A stretch of DNA of 64,000 bases from a bacterium (GTDB lineage: Bacteria; Patescibacteriota; Minisyncoccia; Phycocordibacterales; UBA5272), in contig JAHFNB010000003.1 of the NCBI GenBank assembly GCA_023267595.1, positions 2,165 through 66,164 of the forward strand. The letters run 5' to 3'. This document shows, piece after piece, positions 35,123 through 45,060 of this stretch (its first letter is position 1; the number at the start of each line of letters is the position of its first letter). The notes beneath the pieces are model-generated. The model saw only the letters and a program-made list of their open reading frames with translations, was not told the DNA's origin and did no database searches. The translations under genes were made by a program, and so were the position numbers.

Positions 35123-35833
35123 ATGGAAACAATGCTCAATCTTTTAAAGTTTCTCTTACGAGTCTCTATCGCACTCATGGTTTTATGGGTTATCTTATGG
35201 CTTGTAGGTATGTTTATACCATCATACAAGTTTCGTAATATTTTTTCTTCTACCACACATGGTGGGCAAGGGTGGTTACCTGCACCTGGAGCATGGGCAA
35301 CTTTATCAAAACCAAAAACACCAAATGGAACAGATACTCTTTATAGAGGCGGTATATATGGTACTGTAGATACCCCTTCATATACCATGAACAATGGTAT
35401 TCCTGTTGAGTTTATTTCCTATACACAATCTGGTACACAAATGAAAACCACTATAAATACCAGTAATATTTATGACCAAAGTTTTAATGGTATAGCATCA
35501 TCATACACAGAAAAATCTCTTTACATTCGTAATCTTTCTATATATGAAGGTGGACATGTGTATACGGGTCTTTCATTTACAGGAGAAGCACGAGACACCA
35601 TGTTTAATAATGGAAAGTTTCCAATTATTATTGCAGATCAAACAGGGAAAGTAGTAGGGATTGCGATTGCAGAAGCAACAACTAACTGGTCAATACCAGG
35701 ATGGGTACGTTTTCAAGTAAAAATAAATGGAGTACTTCCTGATAAAATCCCATGTACTATGGTGTTTCAGTCATCTGTGACATATCAAGGGAAACAACCA
35801 GTACGTATTTCTATTCCTATCGTGTGTAATTAA
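35123..35833 (+). CDS. Secreted Gmad2-like immunoglobulin-fold protein (paralogue of the 28383 ORF)
   Basis: Signal anchor, then a C-terminal ~100-aa domain aligned to the 28383 ORF. Confidence 0.45.
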   Translation: METMLNLLKFLLRVSIALMVLWVILWLVGMFIPSYKFRNIFSSTTHGGQGWLPAPGAWATLSKPKTPNGTDTLYRGGIYGTVDTPSYTMNNGIPVEFISYTQSGTQMKTTINTSNIYDQSFNGIASSYTEKSLYIRNLSIYEGGHVYTGLSFTGEARDTMFNNGKFPIIIADQTGKVVGIAIAEATTNWSIPGWVRFQVKINGVLPDKIPCTMVFQSSVTYQGKQPVRISIPIVCN

Positions 35834-35881
35834 AAGAAAAAAGAATCGTCTTTGCAAATTGAGTGCATTACGATTCTTTAA

Positions 35882-36196
35882 TCAAAACAAATCTTTTTGT
35901 ATAAATTCACCAGTTGGTTTTCCTAACCCATCTAGAACTTGGATTACCTCTGGAGGTTCTTTTTCACGTTCGCCACTACCTTTACTTTTTCCATCCAATA
36001 AAGGCTTGGTTGGTTTTATAATTGGTGCATTTTCAATAGATGCACGTGCTTGCGTGACAGAATGAGGCTCCACATTAATTTTTACATTTCCTGAAGCAAG
36101 TGCTCTTGCTTTGAGACGTTCGGCATATTGAAGTAAGGTCTCATCGGGATGCTTTTCCATTTTGTTTCCTTTCGGAACATTTTCTGGTCTATACAT
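35882..36196 (-). CDS. Hypothetical small basic protein
   Basis: 104 aa, K/E/P-rich. Confidence 0.35.
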   Translation of the reverse strand: MYRPENVPKGNKMEKHPDETLLQYAERLKARALASGNVKINVEPHSVTQARASIENAPIIKPTKPLLDGKSKGSGEREKEPPEVIQVLDGLGKPTGEFIQKDLF

Positions 36197-36229
36197 ATTC
36201 TGAAATCTTTTTATATAATAGTCAAGTAT

Positions 36230-36682
36230 TTATACAACGAGTCTATCAATAACTTGTTTTACAAGTGTTCCATCTGCATTGCCACCAAACTCTTTCATCA
36301 TCATTCCCACAAATTTTCCCTTCATGTCTCCAGTAATAGGAGATTCTGCAAGTTTTTCTTTTACTTTTATTTCTATATCTGCTTCTGACATTTGTGCAGG
36401 AAGAAATTCTTCAATAATAGCAAGTTCTTCTTTCTCATCTTCTGCTAATTCTGGACGACCACCTGCAATAAATTGATCTATAGAATCTTTACGTTGCTTT
36501 GCAAGACGTTTGATAACTTTCATACAATCTTCATCTGATAATGGATCAGTAGGAGGGCGACCTTGGGTAACTAATTCATTAGTAAATGCTGCAACAAGCA
36601 TACGAAGTGTACCTAATCGTACAGTATCTTTCGCAAGCATTGCAGGCTTAATTGCGGCTTTAATTGTTTCTTGCATAATCAT
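36230..36682 (-). CDS. yqeY: GatB/YqeY domain protein
   Basis: AIKPAMLAKDTVRLGTLRMLVAAFTNE...KVIKRLAKQRKDSIDQFIAGGRPELAEDEKEELAIIEEFLP matches the YqeY consensus across its length. Confidence 0.75.
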   Translation of the reverse strand: MIMQETIKAAIKPAMLAKDTVRLGTLRMLVAAFTNELVTQGRPPTDPLSDEDCMKVIKRLAKQRKDSIDQFIAGGRPELAEDEKEELAIIEEFLPAQMSEADIEIKVKEKLAESPITGDMKGKFVGMMMKEFGGNADGTLVKQVIDRLVV

Positions 36683-36722
36683 AAAAGTATAGCATATTTG
36701 AAAATGTTATACTGGACAGGAT

Positions 36723-37772
36723 ATGTCAGATTCAATTCTTCTTATTGTTGGTGTTGTTATCGTGATTCTTCTCCTTGTTATTATTGTACGAAAACCAAAA
36801 GTTGAAACACAAGAAGACCAAAGTTTTCTTATACTCCAAGATCAACTGGAACGTCTCACACGCACAATGGATGAACGACTTCGTACGTCTCAAACTGATC
36901 TTCATCAAGTACTACGCCATCAAGACAGTGAAGCAAAAAAGTTAATCACTGATATTACACGTGAATTAACAGAAGTAAAAGAATCAAATAAACAAGTTTT
37001 CTCTATTACTGAACAATTACAAAATCTCGAAAAGGTGCTCAAACATCAGAAACAACGAGGAAACCTTGGTGAAGCATCACTTGAACTCATCTTGGCCAAT
37101 ATTTTGCCACCAGGAGCCTATAAAACGCAATATCAGTTCAAGAATGGTGAGACTGTGGATGCTATCATTCAAACTAAGGAAGGAATCATCCCCGTGGATG
37201 CAAAGTTTTCACTAGATAACTATACACGCATTATCAATGAAAAAGATGATGAGAGACGTAATGATTTGGAAAAAGATTTTCGTAATGATTTGAAATTACG
37301 TATTGATGAAACTAGTAAATACATTCGTGAAAATGAAGGTACTCTCCCTTTTGCTTTTATGTTTATCCCTGCAGAAGGTATTTATTATGATTTACTCATT
37401 AATGAAATTGGTGCTGTAAAAGTAAATACTCGAAGTCTCATTGATTATGCATATAAAGATAAGAAAGTGATTATTGTTTCTCCTACAACATTTTATGCGT
37501 ATCTTCAATCAGTGCTTTATGGATTTAAAGCCTTTAAGATAGAAGAAAGTGCAAAAGGTATTCAAAAAAGAGTAGAAGACTTAGGAAAACATTTAACTGC
37601 ATATGAAGACTATATGCGAAAATTAGGAAGCACACTTGGAACTACGGTGAATCATTACAATACTGCATATAAAGAACTTAAAAAAGTAGACAAGGATGTT
37701 ATGCGTATAACAGGAGAAGAGGTAGGTATTGAAACAGTCATGATAGATAAACCAAGTATTGATGAGGAATAG
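36723..37772 (+). CDS. rmuC: DNA recombination protein RmuC
   Basis: N-terminal TM, long coiled coil, then the RmuC core (LELILANILPPGAYKTQYQF...DAIIQTKEGIIPVDAKFSL). Confidence 0.75.
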   Translation: MSDSILLIVGVVIVILLLVIIVRKPKVETQEDQSFLILQDQLERLTRTMDERLRTSQTDLHQVLRHQDSEAKKLITDITRELTEVKESNKQVFSITEQLQNLEKVLKHQKQRGNLGEASLELILANILPPGAYKTQYQFKNGETVDAIIQTKEGIIPVDAKFSLDNYTRIINEKDDERRNDLEKDFRNDLKLRIDETSKYIRENEGTLPFAFMFIPAEGIYYDLLINEIGAVKVNTRSLIDYAYKDKKVIIVSPTTFYAYLQSVLYGFKAFKIEESAKGIQKRVEDLGKHLTAYEDYMRKLGSTLGTTVNHYNTAYKELKKVDKDVMRITGEEVGIETVMIDKPSIDEE

Positions 37773-37802
37773 AAAAACGCGGTCTTACGACCGCGTTTTT
37801 GT
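37773..37802. terminator. Bidirectional intrinsic terminator
   Basis: aaaaacgcggtc-ttac-gaccgcgttttt. Confidence 0.8.
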
Positions 37803-38045
37803 TACTGTGAATACTCGAATGAGTAACGTCACCCACCCACCGACTAGGTAGAAAAAATAGCGAAGAGTGTAACCAAAAATTGCAGGCATTGGATTCTCCT
37901 CGATATCTTCTCGAATGATTTTAAGGAGTTGTATGCCATATTCCTTTTTTGCATACTTTATGTCAAAGAAAATGGCAGAAATCCCTCCGAAAAACCAACC
38001 ACCAAAAAGTATTAAAAGAACAATAGTATCCATAGAATCTCCCAT
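37785..38045 (-). CDS. Hypothetical small membrane protein
   Basis: 86 aa, two TM helices. Confidence 0.4.
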   Translation of the reverse strand: MGDSMDTIVLLILFGGWFFGGISAIFFDIKYAKKEYGIQLLKIIREDIEENPMPAIFGYTLRYFFYLVGGWVTLLIRVFTVTKTRS

Positions 38046-38128
38046 ATTCTTGGATTAGATTAGACAGTATACTACGTTACTGATTCGGTATTGCGCGATT
38101 GGCAAAAATAGTGTATAATTTCTCAACT

Positions 38129-38446
38129 ATGTCATTTGCAGTTATTCAAACAGGTGGAAAACAATACAAGGTCGCCGTAGGGGACGAAATTGCCGTTGAG
38201 AAGATCTCAGGTGATTACAAGGTGGGAGACAAAGTTACCCTTGATTCTGTCGTCTTAAAAGATGATGGAAAAGTAACTGAAGTTGGCGCACCTTTTATAA
38301 AAGATTCTGAAATAGAAGCAACTATTACTGAATCAGGAAAACTAGATAAAGTTATGATAGTACGCTATCGAGCAAAATCTCGTTACCATAAACGAAACGG
38401 TCATCGTCAACCATACATGACGCTAAAGATTGAATCAATTAAATAG
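38129..38446 (+). CDS. rplU: 50S ribosomal protein L21. ORF is open from 38099.
   Basis: MSFAVIQTGGKQYKVAVGDEIAVEKI matches the L21 N-terminus. Length ~105 aa. Confidence 0.85.
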   Translation: MSFAVIQTGGKQYKVAVGDEIAVEKISGDYKVGDKVTLDSVVLKDDGKVTEVGAPFIKDSEIEATITESGKLDKVMIVRYRAKSRYHKRNGHRQPYMTLKIESIK

Positions 38447-38448
38447 TT

Positions 38449-38472
38449 AAAAGCCCTCGAAAGAGGGCTTTT
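38449..38472. terminator. Bidirectional intrinsic terminator between rplU and recR
   Basis: aaaagccctc-gaaa-gagggctttt. Confidence 0.8.
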
Positions 38473-39097
38473 AACTTCTTCTTTCTAGTGCACTTGTAAA
38501 CGTCGCACGGTCGACATATTCAAGTTCAAGACCAGAGGAGAGTCCACGTGCAAGGTGAGATAATGTTACTTTATCAATTCCTACAATTTGTTTAATAGTT
38601 TTCTCTATATATTCAGTGGTTGTATCACCATAATCAGTCACCGGTAATGCAAAAATGATTTCAGATAATGTTTCTGCTTTGAGTGAATCATGAATACGTG
38701 CTGTAAGTTCTCGAATACGAATGATCTCTGATGGTTTTTCCGTAAGTGGTGGAACCAGACCTCCTAGAATAAAATAAAGACCATTGTATGATCCAGTCTT
38801 TTCAATAGCATCCATATCCAGTTCTTTTTCAACAATTAAAAGAAGGGAACTATCTCGTGATTCTGATTCACAAATATCACACAGAAGTTTTGCGTTACCA
38901 TTACTCTTGTCACCAAAAAAACGAAAACATCGTTCACATTGTTTACCTGTGAATTTCAATTCTTCAAGTGCTTTAATGAGTTGTTCTTTATAATGTGAAT
39001 GTTCACGTAAAAGAAAATAAACAAAACGCTTTGCTTGTTTTGGTCCAATCCCAGGAAATCTCATAAAGAGTTCTGAAAGTCTATCTGTTGCATTCAT
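38471..39097 (-). CDS. recR: Recombination protein RecR
   Basis: FPGIGPKQAKRFVYFLL helix-hairpin-helix. C4 zinc finger (CERCFRF...CDIC). Toprim region. Confidence 0.85.
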   Translation of the reverse strand: MNATDRLSELFMRFPGIGPKQAKRFVYFLLREHSHYKEQLIKALEELKFTGKQCERCFRFFGDKSNGNAKLLCDICESESRDSSLLLIVEKELDMDAIEKTGSYNGLYFILGGLVPPLTEKPSEIIRIRELTARIHDSLKAETLSEIIFALPVTDYGDTTTEYIEKTIKQIVGIDKVTLSHLARGLSSGLELEYVDRATFTSALERRS

Positions 39098-39198
39098 ATG
39101 ATACTACGTAGTATATCAATAAGAAGAAATATTGACATCGTAATAATTTTGATATAGAAATATGAATAGGTAGTACGGAAAATAAACATGGAGGATAT

Positions 39199-39450
39199 AT
39201 GGAAGAAATCCAATTCTCAGATCTAAGTCCACACAGTATGGCCTTTCGCATAAAGGTCAACAAATCAGAAAGTGGAAGCGGAAAATTCGAATTCTGCTAT
39301 TTTGAAACTCGTACTGGTCTTGACTCGTGTCTCAAAGAGTATATGACTATTGGAGTCTCTGAAAAAGTTGAAGTATGGGCAGATCTTAAGACTTTAAAAG
39401 TCTATACGACAGAGGAAGGAAAACTCAAAGAAATCATTTTGCAAAAATAG
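39199..39450 (+). CDS. Hypothetical small protein
   Basis: 83 aa. Confidence 0.35.
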   Translation: MEEIQFSDLSPHSMAFRIKVNKSESGSGKFEFCYFETRTGLDSCLKEYMTIGVSEKVEVWADLKTLKVYTTEEGKLKEIILQK

Positions 39451-39503
39451 TAAAGTTCTTTCGGTCCGTCGTATAAAACTCAACTCAAAAAGGATTCATA
39501 ACT

Positions 39504-39821
39504 ATGGGATTAAAAAAAGGTGAAGTAGCAAGGAGGAGAAATACAAAAGCAAGAGATGAACTCACACTTCATATACTCGGAGCCCAGTTCCATAAAGTAG
39601 ACATGGAAATTGTCCGCCTCCTTGTACAAAGGGCAAAACTGACTAAGAAAGTCGGTGAAGTAAAGAAAAATCTCGGAATTCCTCTTGTACGAAGAGAAAT
39701 TGAAGAGGAGCGAGTCGAAGCAGTGCTTCTCCAAGCAAGGAAACTTTTCCACCCCAATCCGAAAGATGTCGAAACAATTTTTCGTCTCATCATCGCAACA
39801 TCCACCGTATTACAAGTGTAA
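39504..39821 (+). CDS. Hypothetical small basic protein
   Basis: 105 aa. Followed by a terminator. Confidence 0.4.
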   Translation: MGLKKGEVARRRNTKARDELTLHILGAQFHKVDMEIVRLLVQRAKLTKKVGEVKKNLGIPLVRREIEEERVEAVLLQARKLFHPNPKDVETIFRLIIATSTVLQV

Positions 39822-39827
39822 GAAAGT

Positions 39828-39858
39828 AGGGCTACATGATATTCTCGTGTAGCCCTTT
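39828..39858. terminator. Intrinsic terminator
   Basis: gggctaca-tgatattctcg-tgtagccc, then TTTAATATT. Confidence 0.6.
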
Positions 39859-39872
39859 AATATTGGAAATAA

Positions 39873-41372
39873 TTAAAACTCAGGTGAACCAACAGATGGC
39901 ATAACGAAATCTCCAAACTCACTTTTTTCAACAGAAAGGAATGATGTCTTTTTGTCATCAAAGAATAATTCTACAATCCCTGTTGGCCCATTTCTATGCT
40001 TTTCGATGAGTATTTCTACAATGTTTTTCTTTTCGGTATTTTCACCATATTTATCTTCACGATGAATAAACATTACAACATCTGCATCTTGTTCAATAGA
40101 ACCAGAGTCACGCAAGTCAGATAATCGTGGGCGTCCACCACGAGATTCTACTGCGCGAGATAACTGTGAGAGCGCAATTACAGGTGCATTGAATTCCTTT
40201 GCTAACCCTTTTAAAGAACGAGAGATCTCGGTTACTTGATTTACCATATTGTCATAACTTTTTGCCGTGCTCATTAATTGCAAGTAATCTACAATAATAA
40301 GACCAATTGGTTTATCAGAATTAAGACGACGAAGAACACTACGCATATTAAGAACAGAGTTTGCTGCTTTATCATCTATAAAAAGAGGTGCTTTCATGAG
40401 TTCATGCATACCCGTTTGTAATCGCGCAAACTCTTCGTCTAAAGTAAGACGTGATGTACGTAACTTCCATCCATCTACTTGAGATTGTGCAGATAACATT
40501 CTATCTACTAGTTGTTCTTTACTCATTTCAAGAGAAAATATTGCAGTAGGAACACCGAATTTAACAGCAGCATTACGTGCAAAGTCTAGTGCAAGTGATG
40601 TCTTTCCAACAGAAGGACGTGCCGCAAGAATAATAAGATCAGATTTTTGAAAACCTGATAATTTATTATCTAAATCTTTATAGCCAGATGGAACACCACG
40701 TAATTCTCCTGTATTTTCTGATAACTTTTCAATACGTGTCCATGTTTCTTCGATGAGTTCTTGAAAGGCTATCAAGCGATGAGATGAACTTCCTTTTGTG
40801 GTAATTTCATAGATTTGCTTTTCTGCAGACTCTAAAATATTCTCAAGAGGTTCTGATTCATCATATGAAATCTCTGCAATATGTGTACTTGCTTCTATGA
40901 GACGACGAAGTAATTCTTTCTTGCGAACTATCTGTGCGTAATATTTAATATTTGCTGCAGAACCAACCAAACCAAGCAATTCTGAAAGATATGGTGCACC
41001 CCCAATTTGGTCAAATTCTTTTCGAGAACGCAGTGACGCAGACACAGTTAAAATATCTACCGGCTCTTTTCTGTTAACAAGATCTTCGATAACTTCGTAT
41101 ACTATTTTATGTTTTTCTGCATAAAAACTTTGTGCAGAAATAATATCTACAATTTCAAAAAGAGATTCAGAAGAAAGAAGAAGTGATCCAAGTAATGCTT
41201 TTTCTGATTCTAAATCTTGTGGAGGAATACGAGGACCACGAAATGGATCTTCTGAAACGGGCGATCTAGCATTTGTTTCAGAGTATTTACGACGTTTTGT
41301 ATTGTGTGTAGAAAGACTCTCTGGTGGCAACATAATACCTGAAGTGTACACGGAATAGGCACTCTTGCACAA
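39873..41372 (-). CDS. dnaB: Replicative DNA helicase DnaB (true start may be a few codons downstream)
   Basis: N-terminal DnaB domain (PPQDLESEKALLGSLLL). Walker A (AARPSVGKTSLAL). RecA-like core motifs. Confidence 0.85.
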   Translation of the reverse strand: MCKSAYSVYTSGIMLPPESLSTHNTKRRKYSETNARSPVSEDPFRGPRIPPQDLESEKALLGSLLLSSESLFEIVDIISAQSFYAEKHKIVYEVIEDLVNRKEPVDILTVSASLRSRKEFDQIGGAPYLSELLGLVGSAANIKYYAQIVRKKELLRRLIEASTHIAEISYDESEPLENILESAEKQIYEITTKGSSSHRLIAFQELIEETWTRIEKLSENTGELRGVPSGYKDLDNKLSGFQKSDLIILAARPSVGKTSLALDFARNAAVKFGVPTAIFSLEMSKEQLVDRMLSAQSQVDGWKLRTSRLTLDEEFARLQTGMHELMKAPLFIDDKAANSVLNMRSVLRRLNSDKPIGLIIVDYLQLMSTAKSYDNMVNQVTEISRSLKGLAKEFNAPVIALSQLSRAVESRGGRPRLSDLRDSGSIEQDADVVMFIHREDKYGENTEKKNIVEILIEKHRNGPTGIVELFFDDKKTSFLSVEKSEFGDFVMPSVGSPEF

Positions 41373-41422
41373 AAGAAAATACTATTGTAATTACCTAATA
41401 AATAGGGGATTACGTGGATAAC

Positions 41423-42814
41423 CTAGATTTTACTGATCATTTGACCGTTTTCAGTATCTTTTATTACAAATCCTTGTTTTTCTATCTCATTGCGAAGTCT
41501 ATCTGATTCTTCAAAGTTTTTTTCTGCGCGCGCAACCTCTCTTGTATCTAATAAGACTTGTACATCATGAGGGATTTCCATGTTTCCCTTTTCTATAGTA
41601 TGAAGTGAGAGGCCAAGTATGGCACTCATATTCATAAGTGTTTGATATTTATCTTCATTAGATATTGATTCATCCTTAATAAGTTCCCATAGAGTAGCAA
41701 TAGAACTTGGAGTACCTAGATCATCATACAAACTTTCTAAAAACTTTTGTTTATATAATACATTAACATTTCCGTTTTCTGTTATATGTTCCCCACACCA
41801 ATTTTTCAGTTTATTATACGCAACAGATGCTGCATCCAATGCTTCAAAAGAAAAGTTTAATTCCTTTCTATAATGTGCGGTGAGCAAAAAATATCGATAG
41901 GCAAGTGGATCATATCCTTTTTCCACAAGTGTTGAAAGTGTAAGAAACTCTCCAGAGGATTTTGCCATTTTCCCTGTCGTGTCATGTAAATGATTGTTAT
42001 GCATCCAATAGTTGACATATTTTTCTCCTGTAGCAGATTCACTTTGTGCAATTTCATTTGTATGATGTACGGGTATATGTTCTATTCCTCCTGTATGAAT
42101 ATCAAAGTGATTTCCCAAATATCTCATAGACATTGCAGAACATTCTATATGCCACCCCGGAAAACCTCGTCCCCATGGAGATTCCCATTCCATTTGACGC
42201 TTATCTTTTGGGTATGAAAATTTCCACAATGCAAAATCTGTAATATTTCTTTTCTCTTTATTTTCTTCTACACGTGCACCAGATTTCAAACCTTCTATAT
42301 CTAATTTTGCAAAATCTGCATACTCTTTATCTTTTGATGTGTCGAAATATATTCCGTCAGGAATTTTGTACGTATATCCTTTATTTTCTAGTTCACGAAT
42401 GAGTGCAATTTGTTCAGGAATGTGATCAGTAGCACGTGGAAAAATAAAATCTTTAATAGGAATATTGAGTAATTCTAAATCATGGAAATATGCATCCGTA
42501 TACATTTTTGCTATATCCCATACACTTTTTCCTTCACGGCGTGCACCTTTTTCCATCTTATCTTCTCCATCATCTCCATCATCAGTTAAATGACCAACAT
42601 CAGTAATATTGATTACATGAGTCACATTATAATGAGAAGACACAAACATTCTACGCAATGTATCTGCAAAAACTGCTGCGCGCATATTTCCTAAATGTTG
42701 AAAATGATATACCGTTGGTCCACACGAATAGATTTTCACTTCTCCTTGTGTAATGGGCTCAAAGTCTTCTATGTTCTTTGATTGTGTGTTGTAAATACGA
42801 ATATCTGAAGACAT
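41423..42814 (-). CDS. cysS: Cysteinyl-tRNA synthetase
   Basis: HIGH-region variant (CGPTVYHFQHLGN) and KMSKS motif (KMAKSSGE). Confidence 0.9.
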   Translation of the reverse strand: MSSDIRIYNTQSKNIEDFEPITQGEVKIYSCGPTVYHFQHLGNMRAAVFADTLRRMFVSSHYNVTHVINITDVGHLTDDGDDGEDKMEKGARREGKSVWDIAKMYTDAYFHDLELLNIPIKDFIFPRATDHIPEQIALIRELENKGYTYKIPDGIYFDTSKDKEYADFAKLDIEGLKSGARVEENKEKRNITDFALWKFSYPKDKRQMEWESPWGRGFPGWHIECSAMSMRYLGNHFDIHTGGIEHIPVHHTNEIAQSESATGEKYVNYWMHNNHLHDTTGKMAKSSGEFLTLSTLVEKGYDPLAYRYFLLTAHYRKELNFSFEALDAASVAYNKLKNWCGEHITENGNVNVLYKQKFLESLYDDLGTPSSIATLWELIKDESISNEDKYQTLMNMSAILGLSLHTIEKGNMEIPHDVQVLLDTREVARAEKNFEESDRLRNEIEKQGFVIKDTENGQMISKI

Positions 42815-42871
42815 TATCTCTAAAAGTTATTCCTTCCATTCTACCATAAAAAACGATATACTGCGTACAAT

Positions 42872-44083
42872 ATGTATACATTTTCTAAGAAAAATATTAT
42901 TCAAAGTGTAGGGGTGGGGACATTTGTATTTGGTTTATTTGCGCTTGGGTTTTTGGTAGGAAATGGTATGGCAACTAGTTCATATGCTGCAAGTAATCCA
43001 CAAAACAGTGAACTTCTTGGAAAAGTACAAAGTACGTTAAACGACAAGTTTGTTTTTTGGAAATCATCATCAACGCTCCCAACTGATAAAGAACTAGAAT
43101 ATGGAATGATAGAAGGGTATGTTTCTAGTTATAAAGATCCGTATACTGTTTTTTTACCGCCACAAGCAGCAAAGAGTTTCACTGAAAATGTTACAGGTTC
43201 TTTTGGTGGAGTAGGAATGAATGTTGGCATGAAAGATGGAAACATTGTTGTTATTGCTCCACTTAAAGATTCACCAGCAATGAAAGCAGGAATACTTGCG
43301 GGAGATATTATTACTGCGGTTGATGGAAAAAACATGATCGGTCTTGCATCAGATGAAGCAGTAAATCTTATTCGTGGGAAGATAGATACTAATGTTACTA
43401 TCACTGTTTTACATAAAGATGCAAAAACTGTAAAAGATATCACTATTACTCGTAAAGAAATAAAGATTCCTACTATTGATACCGAAAAGAAAAATGGTGC
43501 TTTTGTAATACATCTCTATAATTTCTCTGCAGAGTCACCTGATTTATTCCGTAATGCGTTAAATGATTTTATTGCTTCAGGATATAAGTATCTCGTTATT
43601 GATTTACGTGGAAATCCAGGGGGGTATCTAGAGGCCGCAGTAAATATGAGTAGTTACTTCTTACAGGAGGGACAAGTTGTTGTTACTGAAAAACAAGGAA
43701 AAGGCGAAGGGATACTCAATCACAGAAGTACAGGGCTAACTGGAGTGCCTACAGGAACAAAAATAGTGGTACTTGTAGATGGTGGCTCTGCATCTGCATC
43801 TGAGATAATGGCAGGGGCACTCAAGGATCAAGGTGTCGCAAAAATAGTTGGAGAAAAAACATTTGGAAAAGGGTCTGTTCAAGAACTCGTAAACTATGAT
43901 GACGGGTCATCTCTTAAAGTTACTATTGCAAAATGGTATACACCAAATGGTATTAACATTTCAGTAAGTGGTATCAAGCCTGATGTAGAGTCCGTAGCAA
44001 CAACAACGGTAAAAGGAAAGGATGGTAAAGTACTTGATGTGCCACTTTTGAAGGCTATTGAAGTTGTAAAGACAATGAAGTAG
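42872..44083 (+). CDS. ctpA: C-terminal processing (tail-specific) protease, S41 family
   Basis: PDZ domain (GGVGMNVGMKDGNIVVIAPLKDSPAMKAGILAGDII). LVIDLRGNPGG. ASASEIMAGALKD. GEKTFGKGSVQ. Confidence 0.85.
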   Translation: MYTFSKKNIIQSVGVGTFVFGLFALGFLVGNGMATSSYAASNPQNSELLGKVQSTLNDKFVFWKSSSTLPTDKELEYGMIEGYVSSYKDPYTVFLPPQAAKSFTENVTGSFGGVGMNVGMKDGNIVVIAPLKDSPAMKAGILAGDIITAVDGKNMIGLASDEAVNLIRGKIDTNVTITVLHKDAKTVKDITITRKEIKIPTIDTEKKNGAFVIHLYNFSAESPDLFRNALNDFIASGYKYLVIDLRGNPGGYLEAAVNMSSYFLQEGQVVVTEKQGKGEGILNHRSTGLTGVPTGTKIVVLVDGGSASASEIMAGALKDQGVAKIVGEKTFGKGSVQELVNYDDGSSLKVTIAKWYTPNGINISVSGIKPDVESVATTTVKGKDGKVLDVPLLKAIEVVKTMK

Positions 44084-44092
44084 TATAGGGAG

Positions 44093-44533
44093 ATGAAAGT
44101 TATTCTCTTACAAGATATTGCACGACTAGGGAAGCGAGGAGATGTGAAAGATGTGGCAGATGGCTTTGCTATTAATGTTCTCATCGCAAAAAAACAAGCC
44201 TTACAAGCAACCCCTTCTGAACTAGCAAAGTGGAAACAAAAAGAAGATTCAAAAAAACATAAGAAGGATATGGAGACTAACTTGTTCACACAATTGATTG
44301 ATAAACTCCGTTACAACCAAATAAATATCTCGGGAAAAAAAATGGATAGTAAGAGTCAACTTTTTGCACAAATCAAAGATGTAGATATAGTAGAAGCAAT
44401 TTTTAAGGCTACTCATATTTCTATTGATACAAAACAAGTTATTATCCCTACCCCAATTAAATCAAAAGGCTCACATACCATAGAACTTAAACAGGGAAAT
44501 TCTAAAGAAAAAATTGTAATACAAGTAGCCTGA
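44093..44533 (+). CDS. rplI: 50S ribosomal protein L9
   Basis: MKVILLQDIARLGKRGDVKDVADGFAINVLIAKKQAL N-domain. Confidence 0.85.
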   Translation: MKVILLQDIARLGKRGDVKDVADGFAINVLIAKKQALQATPSELAKWKQKEDSKKHKKDMETNLFTQLIDKLRYNQINISGKKMDSKSQLFAQIKDVDIVEAIFKATHISIDTKQVIIPTPIKSKGSHTIELKQGNSKEKIVIQVA

Positions 44534-44551
44534 AGTGAGATGCTTAACACT

Positions 44552-44580
44552 AAAAAAACGTACCTATGGTACGTTTTTTC
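44552..44580 (+). terminator. Intrinsic terminator after rplI
   Basis: aaaaacgtacc-tatg-gtacgtttttt. Confidence 0.8.
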
Positions 44581-44603
44581 TCCTATCTTCAATCTTTCAA
44601 CTT

Positions 44604-44876
44604 TTATATTACATTTGCTACTTTCTTTTTCTTAATTGAACCATCAAGATGCTTCATTCGCTTATCTGAAAATGAGACGATACCTGAAGTAAGAGCAAAA
44701 AGAGTATGGTCTCTTCCGAGCCCTACATTTTTACCAGGGAGAATTTTTGTCCCTCGTTGACGCACAATAATAGCACCAGCAGATGCCATTTCTCCTGCAT
44801 AAAGTTTGGTACCGAGATACTTTGGTTTACTATCTGTTAGGTTTTTTGCCGAACCTGCGGCCTTTCTTGTTGCCAT
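44604..44876 (-). CDS. rpmA: 50S ribosomal protein L27
   Basis: [27 protein letters not shown] matches the L27 core. Confidence 0.9.
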   Translation of the reverse strand: MATRKAAGSAKNLTDSKPKYLGTKLYAGEMASAGAIIVRQRGTKILPGKNVGLGRDHTLFALTSGIVSFSDKRMKHLDGSIKKKKVANVI

Positions 44877-45060
44877 AGTTTATACTAAATAATGAATGTT
44901 ATGGGACACAGTATACAAGAAATCTTAAAAAAGATCAATAGTGGACTTACCTATCGTGATTGTCTTAGTATAGGTATTACTGTACTTTTTCTTCTTATAT
45001 TTTTCTGGTATATACAAGGGGAAATTAGTGAAAACAGGTTCCCTGTGACCTATACAGAAA

